A DNA stretch of 64,000 nucleotides. Source: Vicinamibacteria bacterium. GTDB lineage: Bacteria; Acidobacteriota; Vicinamibacteria; Marinacidobacterales; Marinacidobacteraceae. Shown piece after piece: positions 18,074-27,378 of this stretch. The stretch spans positions 1,728,001 to 1,792,000 of the forward strand of contig OZ219816.1 of NCBI GenBank assembly GCA_964291235.2, read 5' to 3'. Within the stretch, counting starts at the first letter, position 1; each line of letters opens with the position of its first letter. Made by a program: the position numbers and the translations under genes. Below the pieces are notes generated by a model, which worked only from the letters and a program-made list of their open reading frames with translations, was not told the DNA's origin and searched no databases.

Positions 18074-18290
18074 CTATTCGCCGGCGGCGCGCCGGGCGGC
18101 GATAGCTTCGAGCGACTTCGCGATGTCCCCGGCGCCGAGGTAGCGCCGGCCTCGTTCAGCAGACCCAGGATCTGGCGGCGGAGCGCCGCGATCCGGGCGG
18201 TGTTCTCGGCGCCGTAGCGCTCCAGCCCGGAATCCACCGCCTCGGTCCAGCGGGCCACCGTTTCCGCCGGCATGTAGCGGATTTCCGGAC
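18074..18290 (-). pseudogene. Remnant 3' end of an amidohydrolase paralog with internal deletion
   Basis: PEIRYMPAETVARWTEAVDSGLERYGAENT...LNEAG joined out of frame to RYLGAGDIAKSLEAIAARRAAGE*; both match 20728..22140. Confidence 0.88.
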
Positions 18291-18492
18291 AATCGGCAAG
18301 TTGCCTGGTAGGCACTCTGCCGCTATCGCATGCGCATCCTGTGGCCCCTCATCCCACCGCGCGTTGGCCTGGGGCCGCGTGCCGACGTGCAGGCCGGCGC
18401 CCTCCTTGCTCTGCTGGCCTCGTTCCAAGTTGCGACATCCCCCCGTTCGCCCCAGGCGTTCCAGACCGGAGGTCCTGCGCCACGCCACCCGG

Positions 18493-19362
18493 CTACCCCG
18501 GCCGGGTGCCGGAAAGGAAGTGGTAGGTGAAGAGACCCTCCTTCAGACCCCGGTCGTAGGCGACGGTCGCCTCCATGAACTCCCGGGACGCCTGGTTCGG
18601 CAGACTATCGGGGTCGATCACGAGTGTGAGCATCAGCCAGTTCTTCCGGAGGGTGTCCGTGTGCCGCGCCACCTCGGTGGAGAGGTCGCGGCCCGTCACC
18701 GCTGCGAACCCCGCTTCCTCGAGAGTTGCGAGCACTTCCCGCCACGGCTCCAGGGGGGGCATACGCCAGCCGCGCCGCGCAATGGCGTGAATCGCTTCCT
18801 GGGATTCGGAGACCGGCGCACCGCTCCGGAGTCCTTCGAGGGCCTGCCATTTTCCCCCCGGCTTCAGCACCCGGTAGATGCCCTGGAGGTAGGCGAGCTT
18901 GTCCGGCGCATAGCAGAAGGACTCATGGTTCAACACCGCATCGAACGTCCCGTCCAAGAACGGCAGATCCATGAAGTCGCCGGAGCGGAAATCGACCAGG
19001 TGGCCGACCCCGCGCTCCTCGGCGTGTTTCGTGGCCACTTCGATGTGGGGCTCGCAGATGGTCAGTCCGGTGACGTGGACGCCGTGCGCCTCCGCGAGCG
19101 TGATTGCCGTCCCGCCGACCCCGCAGCCGGCATCCAGCACCCGCCGCCCCGGGCAGAGGTCGCATCCGTCCACGAGCGTGCGGTTGGCGCGGACCAGCGC
19201 CTCGCGATCGTTCGTCGTCTCCGGTCCCCAAAGGCCGAAGTGGGTCGCCAGCAGGTCTCCGCCGAAGTCCTCCATCTGTTTTGTCAACGCGGCATAGTGC
19301 TCGGAAACCGAGCTGCCCCATTCCGGATTGCGCTGCGGCGGGCGTGGGTCGCGGTCCATCAC
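18493..19362 (-). CDS. Class I SAM-dependent methyltransferase (sterol/tocopherol-MT-like)
   Basis: HFGLW, VLDAGCGVGG, RVLKPGG. Confidence 0.9.
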   Translation of the reverse strand: MMDRDPRPPQRNPEWGSSVSEHYAALTKQMEDFGGDLLATHFGLWGPETTNDREALVRANRTLVDGCDLCPGRRVLDAGCGVGGTAITLAEAHGVHVTGLTICEPHIEVATKHAEERGVGHLVDFRSGDFMDLPFLDGTFDAVLNHESFCYAPDKLAYLQGIYRVLKPGGKWQALEGLRSGAPVSESQEAIHAIARRGWRMPPLEPWREVLATLEEAGFAAVTGRDLSTEVARHTDTLRKNWLMLTLVIDPDSLPNQASREFMEATVAYDRGLKEGLFTYHFLSGTRPG

Positions 19363-20690
19363 CCCAGCGACCTCAGCGACGAATCCGGGTTGTCAGCGAA
19401 CGGCAGGTCGTTCCCGCGGAAGACCCGTTTCGGATCGAACTCGCGCTTCCACTGCCGCCCCCGTTCGAAGTTCTCGCCATAGTGCTCCTTCCATTCGGCG
19501 CGTCCGTAGCCCACCCGGCCGGACAGATAGCTCTTTCCTCCGAGTTCGACGAGAGCCCGATCGACCTCCCGCAGCCTTTCCACCAACCCGGTTGCCTCCT
19601 CGTAGGTTCGCGCCACGCAGAGGACCGAGTACGAGGTCATCCGTTCCACGTCCGGACGCATGAAGAGTGGGGCGTCGTCCCTCTTCATTCTGATCGGGTA
19701 CATCCCGATCCAGTTCCAGGGAGATGGCGGCACCCACTCCGGATCCAGCCACGGCTGGGCAATCAGCTTGGGAAGGGTCTCCCAGGGCAGGAACCAGTCG
19801 CGCCACGGGTGGTAGTTGGTCCGGCTGAACCCCCACTTCGGATACATCCCGGCGCGTCCCACCTCGTCGGTGTCTCTGGCCCAGATGATCTTGTCGTGCC
19901 CCAACCCGTCGAGGGCCTTCCCATCGTACTGCTCCCCGTCGTACTCGGAGCCCACGGTCAGGATGATCTCCCGTTCCCGGACCCGGGTTTGCGCCCGCAC
20001 GTGATGAAACCGGTCCTCGGCGACCAGCCGCCGGAAGTCGCTCTCGAAGCGTCCGAAATCACGGTAGAGAAGCTCGTGCAGACGGATCCGCTTGCCGGCC
20101 CGGCGCAGCCGGATCCAGGCTTCGGTGATCACTCCAAACTGCCCCTGGCCACCCCGGACGGCATCGAACAGATCCGCGTTGTCGGTGCGTGAGCACCGCA
20201 GCCGTTCGCCGGTTCCGGTCACCACCTCGAGCTGCTCGACCTGGCCGGCCTGCACTCCGTGGCGGTGCGAGGTGGTCCCGAATCCCCCCGCGGCCAACGT
20301 TCCTCCCACGGTGGCCTCGGCGATGTCCACCAGTACCCGGGGCAGCCGCCCGGTTCCTTCCAGCGCGTCCACGACATCGTCCCACAGTGCGCCGCCCTGG
20401 GCTCGGATCAGCTCCTTCCCCAGCGGTTCGACGCGTTTGAGCCCGGTCGCGTCGAGGACCAGACCTCCCTCCGTGAGGCTCCCGCCACTTTGGGAATGGC
20501 CCGCTCCCCGAACGGCCACCGGGACTCCGTCCCGCCCGGCCCGGCGGACGACGCTCGCTACTTCCGCCGCGCTTTCCGGGGTCGCCACCGCCGCCGGCAT
20601 CCGCCGGATGATTCCCCCGAAGTCGGACGCCCGCGCCTCCCGTTCCTTCGCATTCACGCTCAGGCCGGGGAAGCCATCCGGTTCCAACAT
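19359..20690 (-). CDS. FAD-binding oxidoreductase (VAO/PCMH fold, cytokinin-dehydrogenase-like)
   Basis: VRGAGHSQSG, TVGGTL, GGQGQFGVIT, KREFDP; 4-bp overlap with the methyltransferase. Confidence 0.88.
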   Translation of the reverse strand: MLEPDGFPGLSVNAKEREARASDFGGIIRRMPAAVATPESAAEVASVVRRAGRDGVPVAVRGAGHSQSGGSLTEGGLVLDATGLKRVEPLGKELIRAQGGALWDDVVDALEGTGRLPRVLVDIAEATVGGTLAAGGFGTTSHRHGVQAGQVEQLEVVTGTGERLRCSRTDNADLFDAVRGGQGQFGVITEAWIRLRRAGKRIRLHELLYRDFGRFESDFRRLVAEDRFHHVRAQTRVREREIILTVGSEYDGEQYDGKALDGLGHDKIIWARDTDEVGRAGMYPKWGFSRTNYHPWRDWFLPWETLPKLIAQPWLDPEWVPPSPWNWIGMYPIRMKRDDAPLFMRPDVERMTSYSVLCVARTYEEATGLVERLREVDRALVELGGKSYLSGRVGYGRAEWKEHYGENFERGRQWKREFDPKRVFRGNDLPFADNPDSSLRSLG

Positions 20691-20727
20691 CCTCGATCCG
20701 GAGGCCAGGCGACGATGCGGGCCGGAC

Positions 20728-22140
20728 CTATTCTCCGGCGGCGCGCCGGGCGGCTATGGCTTCAAGTGCGTCAGCGATGTCCGCGGCGGTCAGGTAGCGG
20801 CCGCCGGCGATCACCGCCGCGATTTCACGGGTGGCTCCGATGTTGTCGAGCGGATTCGATTCGAGGAGAACCAGGTCGGCCCGGTTCCCCGCCGCGATCA
20901 CCCCGAAGTCCGCGGCGATGCGGCCGCCGCGGGCGAGGTGTTCGGCGACGACCCGGGTGCCGGACTCCAGCACCTCGTACGGGGTCATTCCGGCCTCGAC
21001 GTAGGACAGCGCCTCGCGGTGGATCGAGAAACCGGGAACGCTGAAGATCTGCGGCGAGTCGGTGCCGAGCAGGATGAGCGCGTCCGCCTCGTTCAGCGCC
21101 GCCAGAATCTCGCGGCGGAGCGCCGCGATCCGCTCCGTGTTTTCCGCGCCGTAGCGTTCAAGGCCAGCATCCACCGCCTCGGTCCAGCGTGACACGGTCT
21201 CCGACGGCATATACCGGATCTCCGGGCGCTCGGTCCTGAGATCGGAGGACGGCCGGGTGGGGAGGATGCCCGATTCCCAGAGAACGATGGTGGGCACCAC
21301 TCCCGCTCCGCTTGCGCGAAACGCATCGATCACCCCGGGCAACCGGTCCCGGTCCACGAGTTCCGAGAGCCCGGCGATCCCGCGCAGCGCCTCCATTTCT
21401 CCCCGGTCTTCCTCCGGAATCAGCGCCTCCACGAAGTTGTCGAGGTGATCCACGGTGTCCTGCCCGGCTTCAAGGGCGGCAAGGAGACCGACCTCGTCCG
21501 CGACGTGCCCCGCAAACGGAATCCCGAGCTCCCGCGCCGTCGCCGCCAGCGCCGCGTAGGTCTCGGGCGCGAACCCCTCGTGCACCTTGAGCAGATCGAA
21601 GCCGGCGTCCGCGTACTCCCGGACCAGACGCACGGCCTCGTCCCCTGTCTCGATGCGTCCGCTCATCGAGGGACTGCCCACGATGAGGCGGGGCCCGATC
21701 AACTCTCCCGCCGCGATCCGGTCGCGAAGCGCGAGCTGGGTTGCATGTCCCTGCATGCCGCGCACGGTGGTGACGCCGTTTGCGACGTAGAGCATCAGCA
21801 CGTCCTCGATGAGCACGGAAGGGCTGTTCGCGCCGGGCAGGTGGCCGTGCATTTCGGCGAGCCCGGGGATCAGAAACCGTCCCTCCCCGGAAATGGCCAC
21901 CGTCTCCGCTCCCAGGGTCACCTCGGCCGCGGGCAACACCGCGGCGATGCGGCCGTCCTCGACGATCACGGTGTGGTCGGGCAGAACGCGGTCACTGTCC
22001 ATCGGAAGCACGGTGGCCGAGACGATGGCGAGGTCCGCACCGGGTACCGTCGGCTCGGGAGCGCAGGCCAGGCTCCCAAACAGCAGCAGCACCGCGCCCG
22101 GAAGGCGCCGGAACCTGGAATGAGGTCTGTCTTGCATCAT
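20728..22140 (-). CDS. Amidohydrolase family lipoprotein
   Basis: PGLAEMHGH, GVTTVR, LLGTDSP, RADLVLL; lipobox-like SLAC; ATG 22140 after GGAGAGG. Confidence 0.9.
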   Translation of the reverse strand: MMQDRPHSRFRRLPGAVLLLFGSLACAPEPTVPGADLAIVSATVLPMDSDRVLPDHTVIVEDGRIAAVLPAAEVTLGAETVAISGEGRFLIPGLAEMHGHLPGANSPSVLIEDVLMLYVANGVTTVRGMQGHATQLALRDRIAAGELIGPRLIVGSPSMSGRIETGDEAVRLVREYADAGFDLLKVHEGFAPETYAALAATARELGIPFAGHVADEVGLLAALEAGQDTVDHLDNFVEALIPEEDRGEMEALRGIAGLSELVDRDRLPGVIDAFRASGAGVVPTIVLWESGILPTRPSSDLRTERPEIRYMPSETVSRWTEAVDAGLERYGAENTERIAALRREILAALNEADALILLGTDSPQIFSVPGFSIHREALSYVEAGMTPYEVLESGTRVVAEHLARGGRIAADFGVIAAGNRADLVLLESNPLDNIGATREIAAVIAGGRYLTAADIADALEAIAARRAAGE

Positions 22141-22218
22141 TGGCGCCTCTCCCGGGGAAGATCCGCGGGGATTATGTGGGCGGGGCGGGTGGGAAACTAG
22201 GCGGACACCAGACACCCC

Positions 22219-23274
22219 ATGGCACTCAAGATCGAGATCTGGGGCCCGCCGCTCGGACCGCTGACCGGCGGGAACCTCTACGACCGAATCCTGGCCGAGA
22301 CCCTCCGGGGCCAGGGCCACGAGGTGAGGGTGCGTGAGTTCGCCGGGGACGGGCAGGAGGCCCGAAAGGATGGAAGCTGGGCCGACGTGGTCCTGCAGGA
22401 CGAACTCCTGCACCGGGAGTTTCTTCACCGAAACACCGCCTGGAGGGGCCGCCGGCCGCGGATCATCGCGCTCGTCCACCACCCGATGAGTTCCGAGCCC
22501 GAGCGGGGCGAGGCGGAGCGCCGCCGGCTTCGGAAGGAGGAGCGCGCCTATCTGCGGACGGTGGACGCGGTGCTCGCCCCGAGCCGGGCCAGCGCCACGG
22601 CGGCGCGGCGGCTCGCCGGCAGACCGGTACCGTTCGCCGTCGCGCCGCCGGGACGGGACCGGCTGGCGGGGGCGGAACTGCCTCCCCTGCCCGGCCCCGA
22701 CGAGGTTCGCGCCCGGGCCGTCGGACCGCTCCGCGCCGCTTTCGTCGGGAACCTGATTCCCCGGAAGCGCCTTCTCGAACTCCTCGAGGCGGTCGCCGCC
22801 GTTCCCGAATGGACACTGGCGGTCGCCGGCCGGGAGGACATCGACCGGGAATACGCCACCCGCGCGCACCACCGGGCCAGCGCTTCCGATCTCCGGGGTC
22901 GGGTAACGTTCCACGGGGCGCTCGGCCCGGACCGTTTGGCGACGCTGCTTCGGGCAAGCTGCCTGCTCGCGGTGCCCTCGACCCACGAGGGGTTCGGCAT
23001 CGTCTATCTCGAGGGTTTTGCGTTTGGGTTGCCCGCTCTCGCCGCCGCCTCCGGGGGCGCGACGGAAATCGTGTCTGACGGAGAGACCGGCTGGCTGATC
23101 CGGGCGTCGGATTTCATCCGCGCCACCGAGCGGATCGCCGACTGCCTGCGACTCCTCGCCGCCGATCGCGACCAACTGACCACCATGGCGCTCCGGGCCG
23201 CAGACCGTCACCGCCGCCATCCCACCTGGCGGGAGAGCGCAACCGCGGCGGACCGGCTCCTCACGTTGCCGTAG
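22219..23274 (+). CDS. Glycosyltransferase family 4
   Basis: TGGNLYD, LVHHP, PRKR, PSTHEGFGIVYLEG. Confidence 0.9.
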   Translation: MALKIEIWGPPLGPLTGGNLYDRILAETLRGQGHEVRVREFAGDGQEARKDGSWADVVLQDELLHREFLHRNTAWRGRRPRIIALVHHPMSSEPERGEAERRRLRKEERAYLRTVDAVLAPSRASATAARRLAGRPVPFAVAPPGRDRLAGAELPPLPGPDEVRARAVGPLRAAFVGNLIPRKRLLELLEAVAAVPEWTLAVAGREDIDREYATRAHHRASASDLRGRVTFHGALGPDRLATLLRASCLLAVPSTHEGFGIVYLEGFAFGLPALAAASGGATEIVSDGETGWLIRASDFIRATERIADCLRLLAADRDQLTTMALRAADRHRRHPTWRESATAADRLLTLP

Positions 23275-23348
23275 TCCTCCCCCGTCGCCGAGCCGCGAAT
23301 CGGGCCACCTTTGGCGGACAGGGGCCCCAAGACATCACTCAAGCGGAA

Positions 23349-23387
23349 GTCAAACTCTTTGACAGTGATTACAGCTCATGCTACAAA
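23349..23387 (+). promoter_or_regulatory. Sigma70-like promoter of precursor 2 with overlapping palindrome
   Basis: TTGACA (23359-64)-N17-TACAAA (23382-87) preceded by TGn; GTCAAA-CTC-TTTGAC at 23349-23363. Confidence 0.7.
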
Positions 23388-23441
23388 TCGCACAACTGAA
23401 TGAGCTGTCCGTTGCAGGGCACAAGAAACAAGGAGGAAACC

Positions 23442-23714
23442 ATGAATCCCGAAACGATCATGCAGAGTGCTGAGGACATGCGCCGGCGTCTCACCGAGAA
23501 GGCCGTGCAGGATCCCGAGTTCCGCGCGAGTCTCGTATCCGATCCGAAGGGCGTCCTTCAGGCCGAGTACGGCATCCAGTTGCCGGACGAGGTCAGCATC
23601 GAGGTACACGAATCCGACGACAACACCGTCCATTGGGCGCTGCCGTCTTCGGCGACACTGAGCGAGAAGCAGCTCGACCAGATCGCCGCCGGCCTCTGCT
23701 GCTGCGGAATCTGA
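23442..23714 (+). CDS. NHLP-leader RiPP precursor 2, core LCCCGI
   Basis: RBS AAGGAGG; KAVQDPEFRASLVSDPK...VHES...HWALP...EKQLDQIAAG; core LCCCGI*. Confidence 0.95.
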   Translation: MNPETIMQSAEDMRRRLTEKAVQDPEFRASLVSDPKGVLQAEYGIQLPDEVSIEVHESDDNTVHWALPSSATLSEKQLDQIAAGLCCCGI

Positions 23715-23864
23715 AGCAACCGGCCCCCAGGGCCGCTTCCGTCCTCGCGTCCGCAGACCGCTGACCTGAGTTCGGAGCGCCAGCGCGGCCCCTTGCGCCG
23801 CGTTCCGGCGGGCGCTCTGTAAGCACGGAGCGTCCGCTTTGGCGTTTCCCCCGCGTCGCCTTAT

Positions 23865-25001
23865 TCAGACAGGCTGCTGGCCGGGGGCGACCCCGCCCGC
23901 CGGCTGGGCGTAGCGAATCAGCCAGAAGACGTACGCCTTGACCTGCTCGACCCGCTCCGGGGTCAGCGCCACCTTGATGTGGTGGATACCTCGGATCAGC
24001 ACGTACATACCGGCCTTGCCGAACAGCGGTTCCAGACCACACGACGTTTCCTCGAGCGCCGACAGCTTCTCCGGAATGCCCAGGCCGTCCTGCCCGAGCC
24101 CGTCCAGCAGGGCCTTCCAGGGTTCGATGTCCTTCACCCACTCACCCTGACTGGGGAAAAAACTCAACCCGAGCGTTCGTCCCAGGCCGTCCGCCCGGAC
24201 GTCCAGATGCACGCCCAGAGTGCCGAACGCCTCGCGCCGCTCCATGCGACTCGCGACCGAAGCGACCAGATCCCGATTGCCAGCCCAGTCCGCACGTTCC
24301 AGGAACGCGAGGAGTTGGGAGGCGTTCGAGAACCCCGTTACGGCAAGGCGAACCGCCCGCGTGCGTGAAAGGAAGGCCCCGGCGCCCCGAATCGCGGCCT
24401 CCGGCGCCATCGCGGCGTACACCCGTTCGGCTTCGCGCCGTTCCGTCTCGTCGGGCTCCCAACCCAGCGCCGCGACCAGGGCGTCCATCACGACGCCGAG
24501 GTCTCGGCGCGCCGCTTCGGAACCGCCGCCGGCCAGGACGCCCTCCGCCGGATACAGGAAGACACCCGGGGCCGGCGCCACCTCCCCTGGCGTCCGGGGC
24601 ACGTCGTACTCGAGCAGCATCTTCCTGCCGATGATCCGCCGGAGCGCGGAGTCCGCCGGCCTCGTTCCGTCGAGCAGCCGGGCGATGGCCCGCGTGATCG
24701 GATCGGCGCCCGCGCGCCGCGCCTCGGCCGTGTAGTACTCCTCGGAAAGGCTGTCGCCGAGGAGCGACAGGCCGAGATCCGCCACTGGCCGGGGTTCGAG
24801 AAGCGGCAACTCGAACCCGAACGGAAAGGCGGCCAGCGTGACGGGGAGGCCCCGCACCCGTTCCCACGCCCGCCGCCACTCGGCCTCGCCGATCAGCAGC
24901 GGCGACAGCCGCCGCCCGAACGGCGCCAGCAGCGCTTCAAGGGAGGCAGCCTCGCGCGGCAACACCCTCTCGGTCGGGGGCCAGTCCTCCAGGAAACTCA
25001 T
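23865..25001 (-). CDS. Cluster-associated protein, putative ABBA/PT-barrel prenyltransferase-like
   Basis: Paralog of 5193..6305 (FPFGFELPL, RKMLLEYDV, RGIHHIK, VKAY), same position after YcaO. Confidence 0.55.
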   Translation of the reverse strand: MSFLEDWPPTERVLPREAASLEALLAPFGRRLSPLLIGEAEWRRAWERVRGLPVTLAAFPFGFELPLLEPRPVADLGLSLLGDSLSEEYYTAEARRAGADPITRAIARLLDGTRPADSALRRIIGRKMLLEYDVPRTPGEVAPAPGVFLYPAEGVLAGGGSEAARRDLGVVMDALVAALGWEPDETERREAERVYAAMAPEAAIRGAGAFLSRTRAVRLAVTGFSNASQLLAFLERADWAGNRDLVASVASRMERREAFGTLGVHLDVRADGLGRTLGLSFFPSQGEWVKDIEPWKALLDGLGQDGLGIPEKLSALEETSCGLEPLFGKAGMYVLIRGIHHIKVALTPERVEQVKAYVFWLIRYAQPAGGVAPGQQPV

Positions 25002-25019
25002 GAATTCGACCCCAACAGC

Positions 25020-27356
25020 CTAGGCAATCACGGGGGCCGGGTTGAGTTCGGATTCGGAGAGCGGGCTCGGGAGCCGCCCCATCGCGACCGGCACATCGAA
25101 CAGCCGGCCGGGCGCGAAACGTTCCCAGAAGTGCCGCATTCCCGGCACGATCACCCTTGCCACCGGCATTCCGATGTCGGGGCGGGTCTGGTCGAGGACC
25201 AGGAACTCCATCCCGCGGGTCTCCACCAGCGCCCGGCAGCGCTCGACGTCTTCGCGCACGTCCGTCGTGTCCGGGACGGGATAGTCGTCCCTGCCGCAGA
25301 GAGACGATTCCGGCGCCGGCGCCAGGTAGGGGTTTTCTTCCACCGTGGCCTCCTCCCACCAGCGAAGCGACATCGGATCCATGAGGTCGCGCCCAGCGCC
25401 GCCCCCCTCCACCGCCTGGATCCAGCTCAGGCACTGGTTCAACTCACACACCGCGCGGAGCACCGCCACCTGCGGATCGGGATGCGCCCCCGCACCGTAG
25501 AGGATGGTTTCCGCGTCCCCGCCGGTGCGCCGCGAAACCGCGACGAAGACCGGAATTCCCAGGTCGCTCGTAACGTCAAGCACCCACATTTCGCGTCCCC
25601 GCCGCCGGTAATAGTCGGGCGCGGAAACCAGGTACTCGTCGTCGAAGCTCCCCAGGTCCACGCCGGGCGCCGGGAGCCGGTTGTACCACCAGATCGCGAA
25701 GGCGTCGCGTTCGACCAGCTCCAGGAACCCCTGCAGGATGGCCTCCTCCAGGGTGTTCCCGGCGGCGCAGCCATTGGAATCGGCGACGGGTTCCCAAGCC
25801 TCGCGTTCCTCGGACGGCAGGCCGTACAACATGGACGTCGGCAGGTACCGGTGGCGGCTCTGGGTGAGCGACCACACCGGCGACCAGCTCGCTTCCCGCT
25901 CCGGATCGAAGCGGGGCGGGATCACGTTGTAGGGATGGCCCTGGGCGTTGATCCGATCTCGCTCGTCCAACTGCCGGTCGCTGAAGAGTTGGACGTCGTT
26001 CGGGTGGATCGCCTCGCCGCCGCCCGCCCGTTCGAAGTCGCGGTAACACTTCCGGACCCGGATCTCGTCCCCGTGGAACGCGCCCGAATACCGTTCGAGC
26101 GCTTCACAAAGCGCGCTCGCCTCGGACTGCGCGCGCGTCTCGCCCTTGCCCGCGCTCTTGCTGCGCAGGCTGCGGGTCAGCGAACTCAGCGTTTTCGTGC
26201 GGAGGGCCTGATTGCTGCCGGCCCAGTACACGTGAAGCCACGGGTCCGCTTCCTCCGACGTGCGTTTGACCCAGGTCACGACCCCGCTGACCGGGCTCAC
26301 CAGGTGACGGTAGCGGGCGAGGGTCGCCTCCGGGGCGACACCGCGCACCCCGCCGCTGTTGCGAATCCGCTTCGGGCTGGAAGCGAGCCGGACCGGGACG
26401 GCCGGCCGGTCGGTGCGATAGAGCGCCTCATCGCCGCAGGCAGCGCACTGGGGCCGGCGCCTGACCGGGTGACGCTCATTCTTCAAATGGGTGAGGTCCA
26501 GAGAAAACGCGTACTCGTGGAGCGGCGCCAGCTCCCCGAACACCAGCCACTTGGCTATTTCCGCCGCGGCGAAGCCCAGGACCGAATCCCGGACTCCGGG
26601 TTCCGCTGCGGCCGGGTGGAAGACGGAGTCCGCGTTGCGATTGCGCAGGAAATTGTGGACTTCCTGGTGCCCGCGCAGGCGGTGGGCGAGACAGCGCCAA
26701 CAGGGTCCCTGATCCGCCGGCCGGAAAATCGGCCCGAACAGCGGAGACATTCCGCGGGGGCGGAGCAGCATCCACGGAGTTCCCGACTCGAGCTGCCGCC
26801 GATTGAGGTCGGCGTGCTGCTCATCAAGATAGTCGGCGCAGACGACCACCGTAAGAACAACGCCGGCGGTGCCTGACGGGACGCCCATCCGCTCCAGGCG
26901 CCTCGCGAGTCCGCCTTCGTCACCGTGCACCCGGACCCCGGCGGCGCCGAGTCGCTGCTCCGCCCACCGGGGGGAGGCTCCCAGTGAGGACCAGTAGGCG
27001 GCGCGCTCCCGGGCCATGGCGTGTTCGCCCGAAACCACGTATCCCCTGGAGGCAAGCGCGACGAGCGCCTCGAAGACGTCGGAAGCCGCATGGACGCCGG
27101 CGAGCGCGGCGGCCAGTTCCTCACGCGAGCGGCGTCCGTCGAGCAACGGCAGGAGGTCGGCGTAGAGGGCGCCCCCGAGCAAGGTGTTGAAGGTTTCGGA
27201 AACCAGCAGCAGCTGTCCGCCCCCAACGGGACGGAACTCCAGGTGGGGCGCCAGCGCCGGCCTGTCCACGACGCCGGCGTCGGCAGCGGTGATCCTCTTC
27301 AGGATGCCGCGGCCCGGATTCGCCCGTGGGGCACCCTCCCGGTCCCAGTCCGACAT
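25020..27356 (-). CDS. Fused RRE/E1-like-YcaO cyclodehydratase, paralog 2
   Basis: PCWRCL, PQCAACG, SAGKG, SNGCAAG, ELVERDA, LNPAPVIA*. Confidence 0.93.
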   Translation of the reverse strand: MSDWDREGAPRANPGRGILKRITAADAGVVDRPALAPHLEFRPVGGGQLLLVSETFNTLLGGALYADLLPLLDGRRSREELAAALAGVHAASDVFEALVALASRGYVVSGEHAMARERAAYWSSLGASPRWAEQRLGAAGVRVHGDEGGLARRLERMGVPSGTAGVVLTVVVCADYLDEQHADLNRRQLESGTPWMLLRPRGMSPLFGPIFRPADQGPCWRCLAHRLRGHQEVHNFLRNRNADSVFHPAAAEPGVRDSVLGFAAAEIAKWLVFGELAPLHEYAFSLDLTHLKNERHPVRRRPQCAACGDEALYRTDRPAVPVRLASSPKRIRNSGGVRGVAPEATLARYRHLVSPVSGVVTWVKRTSEEADPWLHVYWAGSNQALRTKTLSSLTRSLRSKSAGKGETRAQSEASALCEALERYSGAFHGDEIRVRKCYRDFERAGGGEAIHPNDVQLFSDRQLDERDRINAQGHPYNVIPPRFDPEREASWSPVWSLTQSRHRYLPTSMLYGLPSEEREAWEPVADSNGCAAGNTLEEAILQGFLELVERDAFAIWWYNRLPAPGVDLGSFDDEYLVSAPDYYRRRGREMWVLDVTSDLGIPVFVAVSRRTGGDAETILYGAGAHPDPQVAVLRAVCELNQCLSWIQAVEGGGAGRDLMDPMSLRWWEEATVEENPYLAPAPESSLCGRDDYPVPDTTDVREDVERCRALVETRGMEFLVLDQTRPDIGMPVARVIVPGMRHFWERFAPGRLFDVPVAMGRLPSPLSESELNPAPVIA

Positions 27357-27378
27357 CCGAACGGCCTCCGGGTTGCGG

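Noticed and set aside
22141-23220. Apparent 830-aa amidohydrolase fusion
   Set aside because: Extension is antisense to the GT4 gene; RBS and signal peptide indicate a start at 22140.
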